In this document: positions 63,648 through 64,000 of the stretch, one piece after another
Numbering within the stretch: position 1 is the stretch's first letter
How the letters are laid out: every line of letters begins with the position of its first letter
Assembly (NCBI GenBank): GCA_018027755.1
Contig: GCA_018027755.1_4098.1
Source of the DNA: a phage
Direction: 5' to 3' (one strand)
Length of the DNA stretch: 64,000 nt
Notes under the pieces: generated by a model
What the model saw: only the letters and a program-made list of their open reading frames with translations
What the model was told of the DNA's origin: nothing
Database searches by the model: none
Translations under genes and position numbers: made by a program

Positions 63648-64000
63648 GTTTAGCAAGTGCACTTGAACTAGCACACAGAATACATCACTTCCACGATAAC
63701 ATAAAAAGTGGGTTCTATGGTGATAAAGTAAGTGCATTTGGTGATGAGTATTATCTATCAGGTATAAAGACATACTCTGATGATATTTTACTTATGGGAC
63801 AGGATAAAGACAATACTATACAGTACTCTTCATGTAGTCAATATACTAATTTTTTTGTATATATTCCAGGTACTAAGATTACTTTTGACACAACAAATAC
63901 ACCTGTTGACTTCGGGGTACTTGATGGCCCGTGGGGTACTGAAGAGTATTACTTCCAACAGAGTCTCATTTTTAACCAAGAAATTCTTGATTCCTTGGTT
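63644..64000 (+). CDS. tandem family C protein, 5' portion (3' end outside window)
   Basis: ATGA overlap at 63644; TEEYYFQQSLIFNQEILDSLV; open to window edge. Confidence 0.55.
   Translation, partial: MSLASALELAHRIHHFHDNIKSGFYGDKVSAFGDEYYLSGIKTYSDDILLMGQDKDNTIQYSSCSQYTNFFVYIPGTKITFDTTNTPVDFGVLDGPWGTEEYYFQQSLIFNQEILDSLV

Noticed and set aside
1-64000. Integrase, repressor or other lysogeny module; large structural or replication genes
   Set aside because: No translation in the window shows recognisable integrase, terminase, capsid, polymerase or repressor motifs.

Overview
This window looks like part of a large virulent phage genome (probably a jumbo phage of an enterobacterial host), built almost entirely from tandem paralog arrays plus a densely promoter-punctuated early region. 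The host guess rests on sigma70-like promoters, AAGGAGG ribosome-binding sites, E. coli-type codon usage in 27-46 kb and co-oriented Chi octamers; no database search was possible. All coordinates, motif tallies and identity estimates were read by eye and should be recomputed.

Layout:
- 1-5857 (+): small genes including a deviant-Walker-A P-loop NTPase, a tiny kinase-like protein and seven tandem small membrane proteins.
- 5838-20856 (-): twelve intact paralogs of 245-449 aa plus two decayed remnants. All open with a near-invariant leader MLPF[AV]RM[VF][KD]YGN; eleven have RCC1-like beta-propeller repeats and one is glycine-rich. Most are separated by a conserved ~70-bp terminator-promoter-RBS cassette.
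- 20959-25121 (+): seventeen tandem 59-75-aa paralogs (family A).
- 25122-27145: a ~2 kb ORF-free hub with iteron-like tandem repeats and dense palindromic CAGTACTG sites.
- 27146-46621 (+): about 55 small early-type genes, most with their own TTGCAA/TTGACA-N16/17-TATAAT promoter and a conserved 5'-proximal GGGGAGAA...TTCTCCCC hairpin. Recognisable products are a TraR/DksA-like zinc finger, a GNAT-like acetyltransferase and a second kinase-like protein.
- 46872-52752 (+): about 28 tandem 52-85-aa paralogs with an LGTNYQE motif (family B).
- 52742-64000 (+): about 20 paralogs of 103-207 aa with an acidic-aromatic-F-Q-x-S-L motif (family C).

Genome-wide, the palindrome AGTACT appears strongly over-represented. 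No tRNA, CRISPR array, integrase or obvious structural or replication genes were seen. The most likely novel system is the leader-tagged RCC1-like cassette array; the three small-protein arrays are candidate fast-evolving host-interaction or anti-defence repertoires.
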